In this document: positions 25,651-39,465 of the stretch, piece after piece
How the letters are laid out: each line of letters starts with the position of its first letter
Position numbering within the stretch: position 1 is the first letter of the stretch
NCBI RefSeq assembly: GCF_006345805.1
Contig: NW_021835919.1
Location: forward strand, 1 to 54,376
Direction: 5' to 3'
DNA: 54,376 nucleotides
DNA from: Octopus sinensis
Lineage: Eukaryota
Program-made: the position numbers and the translations under genes
The notes under the pieces: model-generated
What the model saw: the letters and a program-made list of their open reading frames with translations, nothing else
What the model was told of the DNA's origin: nothing
The model's database searches: none

Positions 25651-26124
25651 GTCTTGTATTATTATCATTATTATTATTATTATTATTATTATCATTATTA
25701 TTATTATTCAGGTCACTGCCTGGAATCAAACTCGGAATCTTGGGGTTAGTAGCCTGTGCTCTTAACCATTACGTCATATCCATCAAATGTAAATAATGTA
25801 AATAATGTAATATATTTGTGTAAGCAATTTTAAGAGATTAAATATAGTGATTTAAGAATATAAATCTTATAATTAGATAATTCTTATTGCATAACAGATA
25901 AAACGTGAAAATGAAACTCAGATTAGTTTATTTATTTCCAACCTCAGACTTGTGTTGTTTTCCTTCTGAATTTTCTCTTCATTTGTGCAGCTGTCCTTTG
26001 TGAGTAATCTTGTTGAAAGGGATTATCCTACCTCCATTGCAGATTTGTGAAAATATAATTCTAAAACTACAATTTAACCCTTTGGCATCCGGATTATTTT
26101 GTCAAATGCAATTCTTTATCTCTC

Positions 26125-26340
26125 TCTTTTTACTCTTTTACTTGTTTCAGTCATTTGACTGCGGCCATGCTGAGGCACCGCCTTTTAGACGAGCAAATCG
26201 ACCCGGAACTTATTCTTTTGTAAGCCCAGTACTTATTCTATCGGTCTCTTTTGCCGAACTGCTAAGTGACGGGGACGTAAACACACCAGCATCGGTAGTC
26301 AAACAATGCTAGGGGGACAAACACAGACACACAAACACAT

Positions 26341-26395
<55 letters not shown>

Positions 26396-26562
26396 TACGA
26401 CAGGCTTCTTTCAGTTTCCATCAACCAAATCCACTCACAAGGCATTGGTCGGCCCGGGGCTATAGCAGAAGACACTTGCCCAAGATGCCACGCAGTGGGA
26501 CTGAACCCGGAACCATGTGGTAGGTAAGCAAGCTACTTACCACACAGCCATTCCTGCGCCTA
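26125..26562 (-). mobile_element. SINE family A
   Basis: Same consensus. Confidence 0.85.
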
Positions 26563-26591
26563 TCGATTCATATTATTTGGAATTGATCATA

Positions 26592-26792
26592 AGGTGTTGA
26601 GCTGGCAGAATCATTGGCATGCCGGGCGAAATGCTTTGCAGTATTTTGTCCATCTTTCAAGTTCTGAGATCAAATTCTGTCAAGGTTGACTTTGCTTTTC
26701 ATCTTTTTGAAATACCAGTGATACACTGGCGTCGATGCAATTGACTACCCCACTCTCACAAAATTTCAAGCCTTGTGCCCTTAGTAGAAAGC
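26592..26792 (+). mobile_element. SINE family B, diverged
   Basis: aaggtgttgagctggcagaa head. Confidence 0.7.
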
Positions 26793-27121
26793 ATTATTTT
26801 GTACTAATACCACTGTGTGGCACCTTGGGCAAGTGTCATCTACAATAGCCTTGGGCCAACTGAAACCTTGTGAATGGATTTGGTAGACAGAAACTGAAAG
26901 AAACCCATCATATATATATACATTCATAAATATATATATATAGATATATAAATAATAAATATTAGGGAATATATCCAAATTTACAGGAAAAAAATCAGAT
27001 TTAGGATTAAATCCATTTTATAGTAAAATATTATAAATATTATTTGAGACAAAACCACTATTGCAAACAAACAAGGAAAGACTTAATCAATACATAAATT
27101 TAATAAATAGTCAAAAAACCG

Positions 27122-27164
27122 CCACTACAATCGTTTCTTGTCTTGATCGACAATCTTCAGGTGG
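27122..27164 (-). ncRNA. Minimal type-I hammerhead ribozyme motif (Penelope-like element)
   Basis: Minus strand ccac-CTGAAGA-ttgtc(gatcaa)gacaa-GAAA-c(gatt)g-TA-gtgg: full catalytic core plus stems I, II and a short stem III. Confidence 0.75.
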
Positions 27165-27212
27165 ACTTCCAATAATTCAGTTACAAATTATTTTGTAACT
27201 GAATTATTGAAG

Positions 27213-27254
27213 TCCCCTGAAGATTGTCGATCAAGACAAGAACGATTGTAGTGG
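27213..27254 (+). ncRNA. Inverted second copy of the hammerhead motif, damaged
   Basis: CTGAAGA-ttgtc..gacaa-GAAC (one A missing)-gattg-TA-gtgg; stem I also lacks one base. Confidence 0.5.
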
Positions 27255-27477
27255 CGTTTTTTTGACTATTTATTAAATTTATGTATTGATTAAGTCTCCT
27301 TGTTGTTTTGCAAATAGTGGTTTGTCTCAATAATATTTTATATAGATATATATATATTGAATTGGAATAAACCACAATTAGGCAAATCAAACAGTGAACA
27401 ACATAAACCAAAACATAGAAATAATTAATTAATATAATATACAAAATAAGTTTGGATTTACTCCCTAATATTATTAT

Positions 27478-27519
<42 letters not shown>

Positions 27520-27527
27520 TCACTCTT

Positions 27528-27684
27528 GGAGTGGTTGGCGTTAGGAAGGGCATCCAGCTGTAGAAACACTGCCAGATCAGACTGGGCCTGGCGCAGCCTT
27601 CTGGCTTCCCAGACCCCAGTTGAACCGTCCAACCCATGCCAGCATGGAAAACGGACGTTAAACGATGATGATGATGATGATGAT
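27528..27684 (+). mobile_element. Retroposon 3' end with (GAT)n tail (RTE-like SINE/LINE tail)
   Basis: ggcgttaggaagggcatccagc...ggacgttaaacgatgatg; other copies at 247-376(-), 28050-28250(+), 42190-42320(+), 43845-43920(+), 47895-47945(-). Confidence 0.7.
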
Positions 27685-27951
27685 ACATATATATATACAT
27701 ATATATATACATATGTCTGTGTGTGTATTTGTGTATCTATGTTTGTCACCCCATCATTACTTGATAACTGATGCTGCTGTGTTTACATCCCCGTAACTTA
27801 GCAGTTCAGTAAAAGAGAATGATAGAACAAGTACTAGGCTTACAAAGAATAAGTCTTGGGATTGATTTGTTCGACTAAAGATAATGCTACAGTATGGCCA
27901 CAGTCAAATGACTGAAACAAGTAAAAGAGTATATGTGTGTGTGGGCATATA

Positions 27952-27982
<31 letters not shown>

Positions 27983-28245
27983 GTATAGATGATGTGTATA
28001 ATAACAAATTATGTATGAGTGTGTTATTATCTCTTTGACATTGCCTGAAAGATGTAAACGAGCATCACTGTCCTACAAGCGGTGTATGTCATTGAGGAAA
28101 ACACGTCCAATCAAGGGGAAATATTACTTTATTTAGAAGCAAGCGAGGGTTGGTGACAGGAAAAGCATCCAGCCAGAGGGAAATTCTATCTTCCCAACGA
28201 ATTCCATCAGACCCAAGTGAACATAGAAAAGTAGGTGTTTGAACA

Positions 28246-28267
28246 ATGACAATACCGATGATGATGG

Positions 28268-28298
<31 letters not shown>

Positions 28299-28431
28299 AA
28301 TGATGATGATGATGATGATGATGATGATAATGATGGTGATGATGATGATGGTGATGATGATGGTGATGATGATGATGAAGATGATGATGATAATGATGGT
28401 GGTGATGATGATGATGGTGATGATGATGGTG

Positions 28432-28484
<53 letters not shown>

Positions 28485-28548
28485 GATGGTGATGATGATG
28501 GTGGTGATGATGATGATGGTGATGATGATGATGATGATGATGGCGATG
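28246..28548. repeat. (GAT)n array grown from a retroposon tail
   Basis: Directly follows the retroposon 3' end at 28050-28250. Confidence 0.9.
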
Positions 28549-29289
28549 AATCTGTTCAACAATGCCAACTAAAAAAAAAAACGCTACCCCGATTCCAACA
28601 CGACACAACACCACCCGCCCTTGTAACGTCTCCTCACCTGACAAACACCCGCTTACTTTGTTGCCAATAATAAGAAAAATGTGTGAAAGATTTATAAGGA
28701 AGGAAGGCAAGCAGGATCTCCTGTGAACTGATTTCAAATATTGATAAAAGTCTTAAAGTCTTAAAGTTTGATGCCGACAAAAACGGCAACACAAAGTTGT
28801 GTTTGGAAAAACAAAAAAAACAACAAATGATGAGAGATGTAAATAGATGTGTATATAGATATAGGTAGATGCATCTAAAGATATATATAGATTTGTGTGT
28901 GAGTGTGTGTGTGTGTGTGTGGTGTGTGTGTGTTGTGTGTATTGACATGTGTACCTATGTATATATGTACATTTGTGCATATATATATATATATATTATA
29001 TATATATATATATATAATATATATATATATATGTTTGTATGTGTGTGTTTATATGTATATATCTGTATATGTATATATATTTATTACATATGCTGACAAC
29101 ATCTGAACATACTTAAAGCTATCATGAATTATAAAGAATGTTTTTCAATTCCACCCACCTGCCACCCAAGAAAGAACAACAGCACCACCAACAACAATAA
29201 TAATAATAAGAAGAAGAAAAATAATAATAACTCCAAAGGAAATCCTAATCTTAGAGTTGAAGAATGTTAAAGTATAGATTTATTTGTCT

Positions 29290-29339
29290 ATATATCATAT
29301 AATAAATAAAATATAACATGTATAAATATATATATCATA

Positions 29340-29382
<43 letters not shown>

Positions 29383-29763
29383 AATATATACACACACACA
29401 TATATATATACATACATATATACATATAATATATATATATATATGTATATATATGCATATGTATATAATTATATATATATACATATATATATACACACAC
29501 AACAACATATATATACATATATACATATACATTATCCATATATAATATATATATATATACATATAATATATATATCATATATATATAATATATATATATA
29601 TACAATATACTATATATCACACATATACTATATATATATATACACATATATGTATATATATATACTATGTATATATATACATAAATATATATATATATAT
29701 ATATACATATATACATAAATATATATATATACATATATATATAAATACTATATATATATATAC

Positions 29764-29809
<46 letters not shown>

Positions 29810-29910
29810 TATATATAGACACACACACACATTATATATATAGCTTATACATATATATATATATATAATATATATATGCATATATTCATACATATATATA
29901 CATACACAAG
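29290..29910. repeat. (TA)n-rich tract
   Basis: Direct reading. Confidence 0.9.
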
Positions 29911-30048
29911 CACACTCATGTAGACCACACACACACACCACACATGAATATCTATATGCTTGTACCTGTGTGCTTCTCACCTGAATATATTTAGTTATAT
30001 ATTTCTATATTTATGTATATAAATCCTAATTGTATTTATTTGCATCAC

Positions 30049-30081
<33 letters not shown>

Positions 30082-30146
30082 GCGCGCACGTGCGCGCGCA
30101 TACATGCAATTTTGTTTCTGCTGTTGTGACACTCTGCTATACCAGA

Positions 30147-30181
<35 letters not shown>

Positions 30182-30342
30182 CAAAAAACCCCCCAAAACT
30201 TTTATATCCCTTTTTCCTGTTTTTTTTTATTACATTTTTTTTTAATTTCTTTCTCCCACCACCCCTTGAAAATGCATGAGATCCTTATCCCTGTTGCCAC
30301 CAGTTCCACCACCATCACAACCATCAGCAGCATGAACATCAT

Positions 30343-30391
<49 letters not shown>

Positions 30392-30484
30392 GTCATCATC
30401 AGCATCATCATTAACAAAGACAACATGAATCCCCTTTGACATTGTCATCATGATCATGATCATGATCATGAATATCATTACCGC

Positions 30485-30516
<32 letters not shown>

Positions 30517-30673
30517 CAACACAACAACAACAGCAGCAGCAGCAAACAATATGGTTGACGACATCATGAACCTTTCCCCTCCCCCCCCCCTCCACTCACC
30601 AGGGCATCATGTCACTGTTGATTCCTCCATCACTAATAATTAACATTCCTCCGCCTCCATCACCACTACTACA

Positions 30674-30723
<50 letters not shown>

Positions 30724-30739
30724 CACCACCACCACCACC

Positions 30740-30789
<50 letters not shown>

Positions 30790-31139
30790 GTAGTAGCAGC
30801 AGTAGATGGTGATGATGATGATGATATTATCATCATCCTCATCGTCATCTCTCTCTCTCTCACCCTCTACTACCTCTCTGTCTCTCTTTTTCTCACTTTT
30901 GTGTTTGTTTGTATATTTTGTGTTGTCTTGTTTTTCTCTTTCAGAAAGATTTATTCCATAAAATTCAAATAAATAAATAAATAAATGAATGAATGAATAA
31001 TAACGATAATGAAAATAATAGTGATGATGATGATGATGATGATAATTAATTTTAGTTGCCACCAGGGTGCCGGATGAGGAAGGAAACAACAATAACAACA
31101 ATAATAGTAAATAAATAATTTAAATTAAATTAAGTAAAT

Positions 31140-31290
31140 AAGTAAATAATAACAAAAATAATAATAATAATAATAATAACAATAATGATGATGATGATGC
31201 TAATAATAATAATGATGATGATGCTAATTGTGATGATGATGATGCTAATAATAATGCTAATGATGATGATGGTGATAATGATGATGATGT

Positions 31291-31324
<34 letters not shown>

Positions 31325-31672
31325 AATGATGATGATGATGATGATGCTGCTGATGATGATGCTAATGATGATGATGATGATGATGCTGCTGATGATGATG
31401 CTAATGATGATGATGGTGGTGGTGCTGCTGCTGATGATGATTATGATGATGCTAATGATGATGATAATGATGATGATGATGATGATGCTGCTGATGATGA
31501 TGCTAATGATGATGATGATGATGATGATGATGAGGGTGATGATGATGCTAATAATAATGATAACGATGATGACGCTAATGATGCTAATGATGATGATGAT
31601 GATAATGATGGTGATGATGATGCTAATAATAATGATAACGATGATGACGCTAATAATGATGATGGTGATGAT
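31140..31672. repeat. (AAT)n then (GAT/GCT)n array
   Basis: Direct reading. Confidence 0.9.
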
Positions 31673-31884
31673 ATTTTCTTTATTGTCCACAAGGGCTGAG
31701 CACAATACAAAACAATACAAAACAAGGAACAAACGAGGCTTAACAGGAAAATACTTGTGCACAATAAAAACAACAAAAATTAACAAAATTTAAACAATAG
31801 AATTCACCTGAAAGAGGGTATTGGGACCACCCAGGGCCAACCACAGCATCCCTCAATACTAATCATTGAAAATAGATAAATCAA

Positions 31885-32305
31885 GTGGTAAGTAGCTTGC
31901 TTACCAGCCATCTGGTTCCAGGTTCAGTCCCACTGCGTGGCACCTTGGGCAAGTGTCTTCTACTATAGCCCCGGCCCGACCAAAGCCTTGTGAGTGGACT
32001 TGGTAGACGGAAACTGAAAGAAGCCTGTCGTATATATGTATATACATATACGTGTGTGTGTGTGTGTGTGTGTATGTGTGTGTGTGTGTATGTATGTATG
32101 TACGTGTGTTTGTGTTTGTCCCCCCAACATTGCTTGACAACCAATGTTTATGTCCCCGTAACTTAGTGGTTCGGCAAAAGAGACTGATAGAATATGTACT
32201 AAGCTAACAAAGAATGAGTCCTGGGGTCGATTTGGTCGACTAAAGGCGGAGCTCCAGCATGGCCACAGTCAAATGAATGAAACAAGTAAAAGAGTAAAAG
32301 AGAGT
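31885..32305 (+). mobile_element. SINE family A
   Basis: Same consensus. Confidence 0.85.
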
Positions 32306-33174
32306 AAAGTGTAAAATACAGATGAGAAGAGAGGATGAGGGGAGAGGAGGTGAGAACAGCAACAACAACAAATAACAAGGATGAAAAATACATAGAACTG
32401 GAAACTTTGGTGCTACAAGATACAAATAAATCAAATAATGGCAAAAAATCAAAAAAAAGCAACAACAATTGAAGAACAAAAAACAAAAACAAATAAGTAC
32501 AACAGCAATGAAAACAACAGCAGCAACATCAATAATGATGGACTTGAAGAAGAGGAAAGGAAGAACGAATTGCAACAGCAATGAAATAATGTTTGAAACA
32601 AAACTTCAAAATTCCTGCAAAAACAACATAAATCCAAATACAAAATAATAGGAATTAATGTTAAGGACGATAAAGATGTTGCTGTTGGGGAAAATATAGA
32701 CGAGCCCGTTTTGGGGTTTATTTTTGTATGTTTTGCATTTTGTTTGTTTGTTTAGGGTGGATTGGTGGTTGGTGGTCATGTGGATGGTCGATTGGGTGGA
32801 TGCAGGGGGTATGGTCTGGATAGGGCACGAGTGGGGTGGGGTGATGTGGGGCTGGTTTTTACGAAAAAAAATGGTGAGAATGAGATCGAAATTGTTAATT
32901 CCTCACGGAGATACAGGTGGAAGAGATGATAAATCAAGGAGAATAGAAAAGAAAAGCAAAAAAAAAAAAAAATGAAGAAACAAAATAAAAAATTTTTTAA
33001 AGTGAGAAAAATAATTTTTTCAAAAAGCGAGAAAAACAAAAATGAAGAAAAGAAACAAAATAAAAATTTCGTTCACATTTTTTTGCCAATGAGACACAGA
33101 TGAATGCAAGAAAACACTAAAAGTCTAACACCGAAGATTTCATACAGCTTCTCTCTATAACGGTTTCAGAATAT

Positions 33175-33973
33175 ACAACAAACACACACACACCCACCAC
33201 ACACACACACATACATGCAACACAAACACACACACACAAACACACACAACACACACAAACACAATACACCATCACACACAACACCCCACACAAACCACAC
33301 AGAAACACACATACACACATGCACACACAAACACGCCACACACACACACACAAACACACACAAACACACATACACCATGCACACACAACACCGCACACAC
33401 CACACACATACACCAACAAACCAACCCAACATGCACACACATACACACCACACAAACACACACACCACACTCAAATACACCCAACACACACACACAAGCC
33501 ACACACACCAAGCACAACCACAAACACACCACACAAACAACACATACACCTACACACCACACAAACACATACACACAAACAACACACACAAACAAACACA
33601 CACCACAACACAAACACACATATACATACAAACACACCAAACAACACACAACACACACACCACAACACACATACAACAAACACACACACAACAACACACA
33701 ACACACACAACACACACACACAAGCACACACACACACACACAAACACACATACACATACACACACCACAAACACACCACACAGCAGCACACACACACACA
33801 CACACACATACACACAAACACACACAAACAAACAAACACACACACAAACACCATACACACACAACACAAACACACACAACAAACACTTTCATATACATAC
33901 CCACACAAACAAACCAACCACACACACACAAACACACACAAACACACACACACAAACACATATATACACACAC
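33175..33973. repeat. Degenerate (CA)n tract, ~800 bp
   Basis: Direct reading. Confidence 0.9.
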
Positions 33974-34276
33974 AGTCTCTCAGTCTTTGACTGACCACCC
34001 CCACCAGTTCTTGACCTCTGGCTCTCTAGCGCTAATTCTTTCCTCCTTTCTCTCTCCCTTTCTCTTCTATCTTTTCAATGCTGTCTCATCCTTTCTCCTT
34101 TACTTTCTCTCTAACCCTGTGGTGGTTCTCTCTCTCTCTCTCTCTCTCCCTCTCTCTCCCTCAGCTTATTTGCTTGTGCATGTAAAAGGATATATGAGAG
34201 TGTACATATTGTATGTGTGTGGTGTGTATTCATGTTTGTGGATTTGCGTGCATTCATGCCTATGTATGTATGTATG

Positions 34277-34323
<47 letters not shown>

Positions 34324-34448
34324 ACTTACTTGGAGAAGAGAAACAATGTGTGCATTCGGTCATATAATAACAATATAATAAATAAAAAAATATATGCATA
34401 TATACATACATATATGTACATATTTACATCTACATGTATATATACAAA

Positions 34449-34483
<35 letters not shown>

Positions 34484-34688
34484 AGTACAGGACACCACAA
34501 ATAAAACGTAGAACACAATATATATATATATATATTATATATATACACACACACACACACTCACACACACATACTCACAGACGCACACATATGAAATTAA
34601 TCAAAGGACATACCAAGTATGTCTACCTGCTGGAAATAACAGTCAAAACTCTTATTTAAATCGCTAAAAATACACTGATGATAATTAC

Positions 34689-34746
<58 letters not shown>

Positions 34747-35144
34747 ACACATATGTACACACTTATATAAAAATGCATATAATTCATATATTAAGAGTTT
34801 AGATGTTAAAAAAATATGAAACCATTATTCTATGCTAATTTAGTTAATTGTAATATAGAAATTCAAATGTAATAAAATGTTTTAAAAAAAATTTAAAGTG
34901 CCTATGTGAAAATTGTGACCCTACTTTTAGGTTACCCTGTATATACGTATATATATATTTATACATAGATACATATATATAAATACATATATAGATACAC
35001 ATAAATATATATACATACTCATATGTGTAAACATATATAAATGCACACACATATACAAAAATATATTCAAGAACATTCATTTATGTATATGCGTGCATAT
35101 GCATGTATATATATATACACACAGAAACATGTATATATATAGAT

Positions 35145-35330
35145 ATATACTTTATTTAAAGCAGCAGAAAATTCAACAAAACCTGTTACTCTGAGTTTCC
35201 CGTTGCCGTTCATCGGACAGTTTTTGGTAGCAAAAAATAAAGCATATTACTCTACCACTGGTATTTGAGTACTCTTTTTTCCACCTTGTTTCACATTTAT
35301 GTGTTTACTCCAGTATATATATACTCCGGT
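35145..35330 (-). mobile_element. PLE-like remnant in (TA)n
   Basis: Contains the hammerhead motif at 35183-35220; flanked by TA tracts. Confidence 0.4.
35183..35220 (-). ncRNA. Minimal hammerhead-like motif (variant core CCGATGA)
   Basis: Minus strand ctgt-CCGATGA-acg(gcaa)cgg-GAAA-ctc(a)gag-TA-acag. Confidence 0.55.
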
Positions 35331-35336
35331 ATATAT

Positions 35337-35379
<43 letters not shown>

Positions 35380-35744
35380 TCTACACACATATATATGTGT
35401 GGGTTTATATATATATATATATATGCATGTATGCAGGTATCTGAATATGTATGTATGTGAGTAATTATGGTGTTTGTTTGACTGTGTATATGCGTATGTG
35501 GTTGACTATGTACGCACGTTCCAGGCTCAAAAAGTATTGCCAGTGAGTGCTAAGCTTATATTCATTGATAGATGGATAGACAGGTGGGAAGCTGGGCAGG
35601 GAAGGAAACAGGTAGGTTAGTAGGTAGGTCAGTGGGTGCATCGGCCTTTAGGAATACAAAAAAAAGACTTTAAAGTTTAAAAACTGAACAACTTCACCTT
35701 TTGACAAAATGCTTCAATTTCTTTAAAAGTTGTGCAAGGCAAAA

Positions 35745-36750
35745 AAAGATTTTGGCTGTGTGGTTAACAAGCTTGTTTTATGACCACATAGCTTTAGGTT
35801 CAGTCCCACTGTGTGATGCTCTGGGCAAGTATCTTCTGCTATGGCGCCAGGCCTTGTAGTTTGAATTTGGTTTGGTAGAGAGAATCCCATTGTATATATA
35901 TATTTTCTTAATTTTTTACTTGTTTCATCTACCTCACTGCGGTCATGCTGGAGCACCGCCTTAAATTGGTTTTGTCAAAGAACTTGACCTCAGGACTTAT
36001 TCTTTGTAAGCCTGGCACTTGCTCTATCGGTCTCTTTTGCTGAACTGCTAAGTTATGGTGACATAAACACACCAACATCAGTTGTCAAGCGATGGGGGGG
36101 GGGATACAGACACACATAAATATACATACATACATATATATATACGATGGGCTTCTTTCGGTTTCCATATGCCAAATCCACTCACAATGCTTTGGTCAGC
36201 CTGAGGCTAAAGTAGACGGCACTTACCCAAGGTGCCACGCGGTGGGACTGAACCCAGAACCATGTGGTTGGGAAGCAATCTTCTTACCACACAGCCATGC
36301 CTGAGCCTATATATCTTTTATCTCTTACTTGCTTCAGTCATTACACTGTGGCCATACTGGGGCACTGCCTTAAAGAATTTTAGCTAAACAAATCACACAC
36401 AGTATATTTTTTTTAAAAACCTGATATTTATTCTGTTGGTATCTTTTGCCGAACTGCTAAGTTACACAGGTGGGAAGCTGGGTATGGAAGGAAATGGGTA
36501 GGTTAGTAGGTAGGTCAGTGGGTGCATCATAAGGACACCAACATTGACTACTGACCAGTGAGGTGGGGGACAAATGTAAACACACACACACACACATATA
36601 CAATGGGCTTCTTTCAGTTTCCATGAATCAAATTCATTCTCAAGGTTTTGGTTTGCCTGAGGTTATAGTAGGAGATACAGTCCAACACAGTGGGATTGAA
36701 ACCAGAACCATGCAGTTGGGAAGCAGGCTTCTTACCACCCTGCCATGCCC
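35745..36750. mobile_element. Cluster of three SINE A copies (+ half at 35745-35890; - at 35910-36310 and 36315-36750)
   Basis: Same consensus, diverged. Confidence 0.75.
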
Positions 36751-37282
36751 TTTTATAATCAGACTCTTAAGTTGTATTGGGGACAAACACACACACACAC
36801 ATATTATTCAATAACGTTTTGGTTTAATTCCATGCAACTTAAGGTTTTGTAGACTCATTCAATGAACGTAACTTGTCAGCTACATAGAAATGAATAAAGC
36901 GGAGTCCAGGAGGACTTCTGGATCCTGGGCTGCCATTGGTCAAAGCAGGTCACATGTTGTTCGCAATTTGGTAGCGACATAAGGTCCCATTCAGAACTTC
37001 TAAGATTGTGTCCTAGGACAGAATCTTGGTGACAACACTCTGTCTCAGGACAAAGACTTTTTCGCTACATGTAGTTAAAAGACTTGTCTAAAGAAATTGT
37101 GTTCCTTGCAAATTTTCTGATAATTATTTTCCTGCCTATATTTTGTTTTTCTCTCAAGCCCTTGGACTTAGTCAGTTATCTACTTTCCATGATGTATTAT
37201 TATTATTATTATTATCATGGCCATGGTCCAGCCTGAGCTGCAGCAACAAAGTCCACCTGTAACACCACTCAGTCCAATATCC

Positions 37283-39453
37283 TTTTCTACTCTAAGCACA
37301 AGGCCCGAAATTTTGGGGGAGGGGTCCAGTTGATTAGATCGACCCTAGTATGCAACTAGTACTTAATTTATCGACCCCAAAAGAATAAAAGGCAAAGTCG
37401 ACCTCAGCAGAATTTGAACTCAGAATGTAAAGTCAGACAAAATGCCGCTAAGCATTTCACCCGGCATGCTAACATTTCTGCCAGCTTGCTACCTTAAAAA
37501 TTCTTTTCTACTCTAGACACAAGGCCCGAAATTTTGGGGGAAGAGTCCAGTCGATTAGATCGACCCTAGTATGCAACTAGTACTTAATTTATCGACCCCA
37601 AAAGAATGAAAGGCAAAGTTGACCTCAGCAGAATTTGAACTCAGAATGTAAAGTCAGACAAAATGCCGCTAAGCATTTCACCCGGCATGCTAACATTTCT
37701 GCCAGCTTGCTACCTTAAAAATTCTTTTCTACTCTAGACACAAGGCCCGAAATTTTGGGGGAAGAGTCCAGTCGATTAGATTGACCCTAGTATGCAACTA
37801 GTACTTAATTATCACCCAAAAGAATGAAAGGCAAGTTACCTCAGCAGAATTTGAACTCAGAATGTAAGTCAACAAAATGCCGCTAAGCATTTCACACCCG
37901 GCATGCTAACATTCTGCAGCTTGCACCTTATTCTGTCACTCTAGACACAAGGCCCGAAATTGGGGGAAGAGTCCATTCGATTAGATCGACCCTAGTATGC
38001 AACTAGTACTTAATTTATCGCCCCAAAAGAATGAAAGGCAAGTTGACCTCACCAGGAACTCAGAATGTAAGTCAGACAAAATGCCGCTAAGCATTTCACC
38101 GGATGCTAACATTCTGCCAGCTTGCTACCTTAAAAATTCTTTTCTACTCTAGACACAAGGCCCGAAATTTTGGGGGAAGAGTCCAGTCGATTAGATCGAC
38201 CCTAGTATGCAACTAGTAATTAATTTATCAACCCCAAAAGAATGAAAGGCAAAGTTGACCTCAGCAGAATTTGAACTCAGAATGTAAAGTCAGACAAAAT
38301 GCGCTAAGCATTTCACCCGGCATGCTAACATTTCTGCCAGCTTGCTACCTTAAAAATTCTTTTCTACTCTAGACACAAGGCCCGAAATTTTGGGGGAGGG
38401 GTCCAGTTGATTAGATCGACCCTAGTATGCAACTAGTACTTAATTTATCGACCCCAAAAGAATAAAAGGCAAAGTCGACCTCAGCAGAATTTGAACTCAG
38501 AATGTAAAGTCAGAAAATGCCGCTAAGCATTTCACCCTGCATGCTAACATTTCTGCCAGCTTGCTACCTTAAAAATTCTTTTCTTCTCTAGGCACAAGGC
38601 CCGAAATTTTGGGGGAAGAGTCCAGTCGATTAGATCGACCCTAGTATGCACTAGTACTTAATTTATCGACCCCAAAAGAATGAAAGGCAAAGTCGACCTC
38701 AGCAAGAATTGAACTCAGAATGTAAAGTCAGACAAAATGCCGCTAAGCATTTCACCCGGCATGCTAACATTTCTGCCAGCTTGCTACCTTAAAAATCTTT
38801 TCTACTCTAGACACAAGGCCCGAAATTTTGGGGGAAGAGTCCAGTCGATTAGAATCGACCCTAGTATGCAACTAGTACTTAATTTATCGACCCCAAAAGA
38901 ATGAAAGGCAAAGTTGACCTCAGCAGAATTTGAACTCAGAATGTAAAGTCAGACAAAATGCTGCTAAGCATTTCACCCGGCATGCTAACATTTCTGCCAG
39001 CTTGCTACCTTAAAAATTCTTTTCTTCTCTAGGCACAAGGCCCGAAATTTTGGGGGAAGAGTCCAGTCGATTAGATCGACCCTAGTATGCAACTAGTACT
39101 TAATTTATCGACCCCAAAAGAATAAAAGGCAAAGTCGACCTCAGCAGAATTTGAACTCAGAATGTAAAGTCAGACAAAATGCTGCTAAGCATTTCACCCG
39201 GCATGCTAACATTTCTGCCAGCTTGCTACCTTAAAAATTCTTTTCTTCTCTAGGCACAAGGCCCAAAATTTTGGGGGAGGAGTCCAGTCGATTAGATTGA
39301 CCCTAGTATGCAACTAGTACTTGATTTATTGACTCTGAAAGGATGAAAGGAAAAGATGACCTCGGTGAAATCTGAACTCAGAACGTAAAGACAGATGAAA
39401 TACCGCTAAGCATTTCACCAGGCATGCTAACATTTCTGCCAGCTTGCTGCCTT
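37283..39453 (-). repeat. Tandem array of 10 full-length SINE B units (~219 bp)
   Basis: Units start ~37283, 37501, 37721, 37931, 38138, 38357, 38576, 38796, 39017, 39237; TSD agtcca(a/g)tatcc at 37271-37282 and 39454-39465. Confidence 0.92.
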
Positions 39454-39465
39454 AGTCCAGTATCC

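Larger units (their letters stand above)
26952..27480. mobile_element. Inverted (palindromic) PLE-like remnant
   Basis: ~155-bp arms (27032-27187 / 27192-27342) around a 4-nt loop; outer inverted arms at 26952-26983 / 27447-27480. Confidence 0.7.
26810..27930 (+). mobile_element. SINE family A split by nested insertions in its internal microsatellite
   Basis: 5' half at 26810-26910, 3' half at 27740-27930. Confidence 0.7.

Noticed and set aside
28630-31815. Recursive splice sites CAG|GTGA on the minus strand (~28637, ~29980, ~31807)
   Set aside because: Weak pyrimidine tracts or donors; frequency is compatible with chance.
37283-39453. CRISPR-like or RNA-gene array
   Set aside because: No unique spacers; units are whole SINE copies in eukaryotic DNA.
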